Shown piece by piece: positions 59,877 to 64,000 of a stretch of DNA of 64,000 nt. Every line of letters starts with the position of its first letter. The first letter of the stretch is position 1. A program made the translations under genes and the position numbers. The DNA is from Tubiluchus corallicola. Lineage: Eukaryota; Animalia; Priapulida. Below the pieces are notes generated by a model. That model was not told the origin of the DNA. It did not search any database and worked only from the letters and a program-made list of their open reading frames with translations. The DNA lies in NCBI GenBank assembly GCA_030141605.1, contig JAQGDQ010000160.1, positions 372,001-436,000 of the forward strand. Direction: 5' to 3'.

Positions 59877-61995
59877 TCAGTAAAATTTAGACCAAGAAAA
59901 TGCATCTACTTCCTCTACTTCCTTATCCTTAATTGCCTGCATTAAGTCATACTTTGGTGTGCCTTCAAATAAGGCTGCTCTATTTTGACCTTCGCCTCGT
60001 TTGACCCAATGACCGTAAATGCCAAAAGCACAACCGTCAATAATTTTGCGCATAATCTTGATTTTGTATGGGTCGTCACGTGCTGTCTGTGCTGATATTG
60101 GGCGAGGCATTAAATGTAGCCGTTGTATTCGTAGATATGCTTTTACACATATGATGCCAACCTGAAAGTGACAATTACATAAATACTAAAGCATTTCATT
60201 AAAAAATAGCCTCGACGATCAGTGATGAAGATAGTGTATACTACATACACGCTTAGATTTTTATTTTTTGAGATATGTTTGCTATTATGAAAATTCTTCA
60301 AAAGAAAAAAATCATGAAATTTTCAATTAGTTAAATTTCCTAACCCTCATCGCAATCTAACTGATACAAACGAATGTGCTCAAGTTAAATTAAATGCAGC
60401 AATGCAGATCTTTTAAAACACTGCCAATGAGGGAAAGAGTGTAATTGAAAATGAGCTGACACGGTAGTAGGATTTTCATTTCATGGTGACTTAAAAGAAC
60501 CATAATAACTACTAAAAGGTAGATATTAATTAGTAGCAAAGCCCAAACTCTTGTTGTTCAATAGAAAGGCTTAACAAGGAATTTCAACTTGGTGCACATC
60601 TCACGCAGTTTGCAGGCACTTCTCTAACCTGGTTAACTAGGTTCAATTCACATCAAAGTACAAAAAAATCCCTCAGAATAACTTTTGCTATGTACTCAAA
60701 CTTGTTTTGCTACATTTACTCACCCTCCACATTCTCTTTGAGTCAAAAGCTATCGGCTGGATTGCCTGAAATATCATCAAAGTTAACAATATAAAATATT
60801 TTAAAAATTCATTACAAGAAATTGAGAATTCAATGCACATTAAGTGTGATGAAGGGGAGTGACGAAAGTCGTGTAGTGTTATGAATTTCACTTGTGCAAC
60901 ACGCTGCAAAAAAATTAATTTCAGAATTCCGCTGATATTGGATGCCACTCAGATATTTACGATGCAACAGTGTTGAAAGTATGCAAAAGTTCGCAAAGGT
61001 ACTGAGACCTGCATGTAGCTTATGATTAAAGACAGCACATTTTCTTTTGTGTTTGCACTGCCCTGCTGTAAGGTTGACACTAACTGCACCAGCTGCTGTG
61101 CACTAGAACTTTCATCACTTCCCCTTCAATGCACTTTGATATTAAGTTATATGGTAAACTGTTTTATGTGGATAGCCAATTATTAGAATGTACGTGCAAC
61201 AAAAACATACAAGTGCAAGTAAGATTTCAATATGTTAATAAAATGATATTGCCAATTAAGTAATTAATAATTCAATCTTAATTAAATTAGTTAAAAACAT
61301 TTACTTCGTTTATCATATCTAAAAACCATGCTTCACGCAGAAGAGAAAGTTAGCAAAAAAAACATAAATCTAAATTTTTTAGATATATAATTATATATAT
61401 ATATATAAGTTTTCAGAATATAAACTTATGAATAATATTAAAAGGCAGCTTCAGTAGGACAGCACTCGAGTTTTTTGGGTAAACTGATTTGAATCATAGA
61501 CAAACACTTTCTCTTTATTATTCACATTTTTGCTATGCCAAAGCAAGTTAATGTCTAACTGTAGTTTCATAACTGATAAAAAATACAATTTTTGCTGTAA
61601 AGCAGTTTACTCACCGACTGCTCCTGGACATGTAAGAAATGAAAGAAAAATTGCCAATTTACTAAAATTGATAATTCAGCTTCTGACATCATTATGAGTT
61701 TATAATAAATGCTTTTATTTCCTGTAATTTATCGTTCTATCTTGGTACAAAAAATATTAGCGAGTTTAGAGAAATTAATAACAAAATTTTATAATCATCC
61801 AAAAACATTATAAAATACTTATACAATATAAAATTAAAAATAAATGAGCTGCGTGAACACCAGCCACCAGAGCAACATATTACACTACATGGAAATTCCA
61901 TGGCCTACTTATAATTATCACTCATTTTACTAATACTCTACCTTTTTAGTGGCAAGCTGCTCAGTAATTGTGGAAACTTCTTTCACTAGGTCTAG
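59877..61995 (-). CDS. PHKG: Phosphorylase b kinase gamma catalytic chain, 3' exons only (kinase domain lies beyond the window)
   Basis: Last exon 60161-59877: VGIICVKAYLRIQRLHLMPRPISAQTARDDPYKIKIMRKIIDGCAFGIYGHWVKRGEGQNRAALFEGTPK..., matching the DPY...IDxxAFxIYGHWVK.G..QNRAALFE.TP calmodulin-binding tail. Exon 60765-60724 encodes AIQPIAFDSKRMWR. Probable exons 61623-61615 (EQS) and 61995-61942 (LDLVKEVSTITEQLATKK), all phase 0. Confidence 0.9.
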
Positions 61996-63229
61996 CTGTT
62001 AAATATAGGGAGAGGATGCAGTTAGAAACAAAAATTATAATACCAGGTCCATACATAGCCAACTAATAAAATACAGCAGATGTCCAAAAAATTAATGATT
62101 TTTGATGACTGTCGGTTCTGGAATCAAATGAAAGTTTATGCAGATCATCACAAGCAAAAAATTTACTAAGAAAGACAAGGATGACCGAGAAGTTTAGCAA
62201 AAATATTTACTTGCCAGCTATGTATGGAAACAGCAAAAGGAAAAATCGGCAAATGAATAAACATGCAAAAACTGCGAATTTACAGTAAATCATAACACTG
62301 CAGACAGTTAATATAAAAACAAATTATAAAAATAACGAAAATTAATTTGCAAATTTGTATTTTAACTAACAAGTATGTAGTAATTCATGCAATGTAAAGT
62401 TAGTTACAACAAAATACTTCAAAGTAATATATTACCGTTACAACACAGGACATAATAAAATGTGAATGTGCAATAATACAGAGCCAAAAATTAAGTTTTT
62501 GGCCACTTCATTCTTCGTAGTATAGTGTCTGTTCATTTTATCAGATGTAAAACAAATGTACTGATTATGCAAACAAAACAATTAAAGGGAGAATACCATG
62601 AAAATCAAGTTAAACTTATTTTACAGTTGCCTTCCCCATGAACAATTTGGCGCAAATTTTTTAGCAGTACGCTGTCTAATTAATGAGTAATTAACTTATT
62701 CGTATCTCGCGGGAAATGCCATGGAGCTGCATTTACGCTTCTCATGGTAAATTGAACTACCGCAGCTCTGCTGATGACGTAGCAGAGTGTACTCGCAGCT
62801 TGCTGTGTGTCATACACAAGTGGGCTAAAATAAAGCTGTTATTACTACATTACAGTATTTGACTTTGGGTCTGTTAGGTAGTCAGCTGATAGAAACGATT
62901 ATCGCTGCACTCATTCACATGTTTTCATCAAATTCTGCAAAAGCGTTATATTTTACTAGCGGCGAAAGTTATAGGTCAATTATAGTATATTCTAATAGAT
63001 GTGTAAACAATCATTGCGATTCATGCGATTAACAGCGGCTATTCTAATATTTCTATCAGGCTCCTGTATATCCACATCCTAAAGGAGCAAGCCAAAAAGA
63101 AAACTGTATGGCTGTTGTTCTTACACTTCTACATTGAGCCCCATAATTTCTCTAAATTTTATCACTTGTCTGATCCAAACATTCACTCTTACTAGTGTGC
63201 CCGTGTTTACTGAACATAGATCTTCTTCG

Positions 63230-64000
63230 TTCACTACATGATTTCCAAACACTTTTTTAACTACTTCACATTTCAGCAGATGCTCAGTCACACAGTGGAC
63301 ACATTAAATCAACATTACACTTTAATTTGATCATATTTAGTTTCCATTCAGTAATTTCATATACAGTTTTTTCATCACACTCCATCACATAATTTATTGC
63401 ATATTCCCAATTTTCAGTATTTTTCACAAATCTCAGTTTTGTCATATCATCACATTTTTTCACAGCTTCAACTTCTAGATACTGTTTAACAGCTTTTTTA
63501 ATTTCTTTTTTCCATTGTATTTGTATTATTTCAACATTTATATCTAAATCATACATACTTGTAATTTCTCTAATTTCTGTCTCCTAGCTTCTGGGAATGT
63601 TTCTGTCCCATATACTCGACATCACCTTTTTAGCGTCTCTTTTACTTTCAGATATCAGCACACTTCGGTACCACATTAATTTTTTATAGTGTATTATTTG
63701 TCTCAATGGTCAGACTCCACAAGTCATCATTAGGCCCAGTAACTTGTAGACATTTTTTGCTTCATCATACACCTTAGGGCTTCTTTTTGCCAACTCTTTT
63801 TCTTCATAGTTTGTTTCTGTTAATTTACCCCACACCTCATATGGAAAATTAAACTAGGAATCATTGTTCTCTTGTACAATAACCGTCTTACTTTTATAGC
63901 TTCAATTCCTACATCGTCAGAACTACTCCAATTCATAATTTCATATATCATATGTTCCACTTTCTTACTTCTTTTCTCTACAGACATGTGATAACTTCCT
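63230..64000 (-). mobile_element. Decayed non-LTR retrotransposon ORF2 C-terminal fragment in a PHKG intron
   Basis: Broken translation includes WKKEIKKAVK...MTKLRFVK...KLNMIKLKCN...CPLC followed by a frameshifted TEHLLKC (CCHC zinc knuckle), with stops upstream. Confidence 0.65.

Noticed and set aside
60961-61008. Additional 48-nt phase-0 PHKG exon (VSVPLRTFAYFQHCCI)
   Set aside because: No polypyrimidine tract and no family resemblance.

Overview
AT-rich, intron-containing animal genomic DNA, most likely a non-vertebrate bilaterian; the species cannot be determined from the sequence. Exons were spliced by hand from GT/AG boundaries and phase. In order: (1) a divergent tetraspanin (minus, 393-4550, first exon uncertain); (2) mitochondrial GATC (minus, 8246-17769), whose introns hold a MITE and several LINEs, one a young 5'-truncated RT copy; (3) TRIAP1/Mdm35 (plus, 18100-20525), head-to-head with GATC across 330 bp; (4) inside the TRIAP1 intron and on the same strand, an intact 466-aa pogo-transposase-derived ORF; (5) SPPL3 (minus, 23340-33210), with an apparently identical 798-bp tandem duplication covering one exon; (6) about 26 kb of repeats and LINE debris with no recognised gene; (7) the 3' exons of phosphorylase kinase gamma (minus, 59877-61995), including candidate microexons. 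The most interesting signal is item 4: all three catalytic Asp positions appear substituted, it ends in a CENP-B-like acidic tail, and an in-frame splice acceptor would fuse it to the twin-CX9C exon of TRIAP1. GATC-TRIAP1-SPPL3 also mirrors the linkage at human 12q24.31. Gene identities come from recognising protein motifs from memory, not from database searches.
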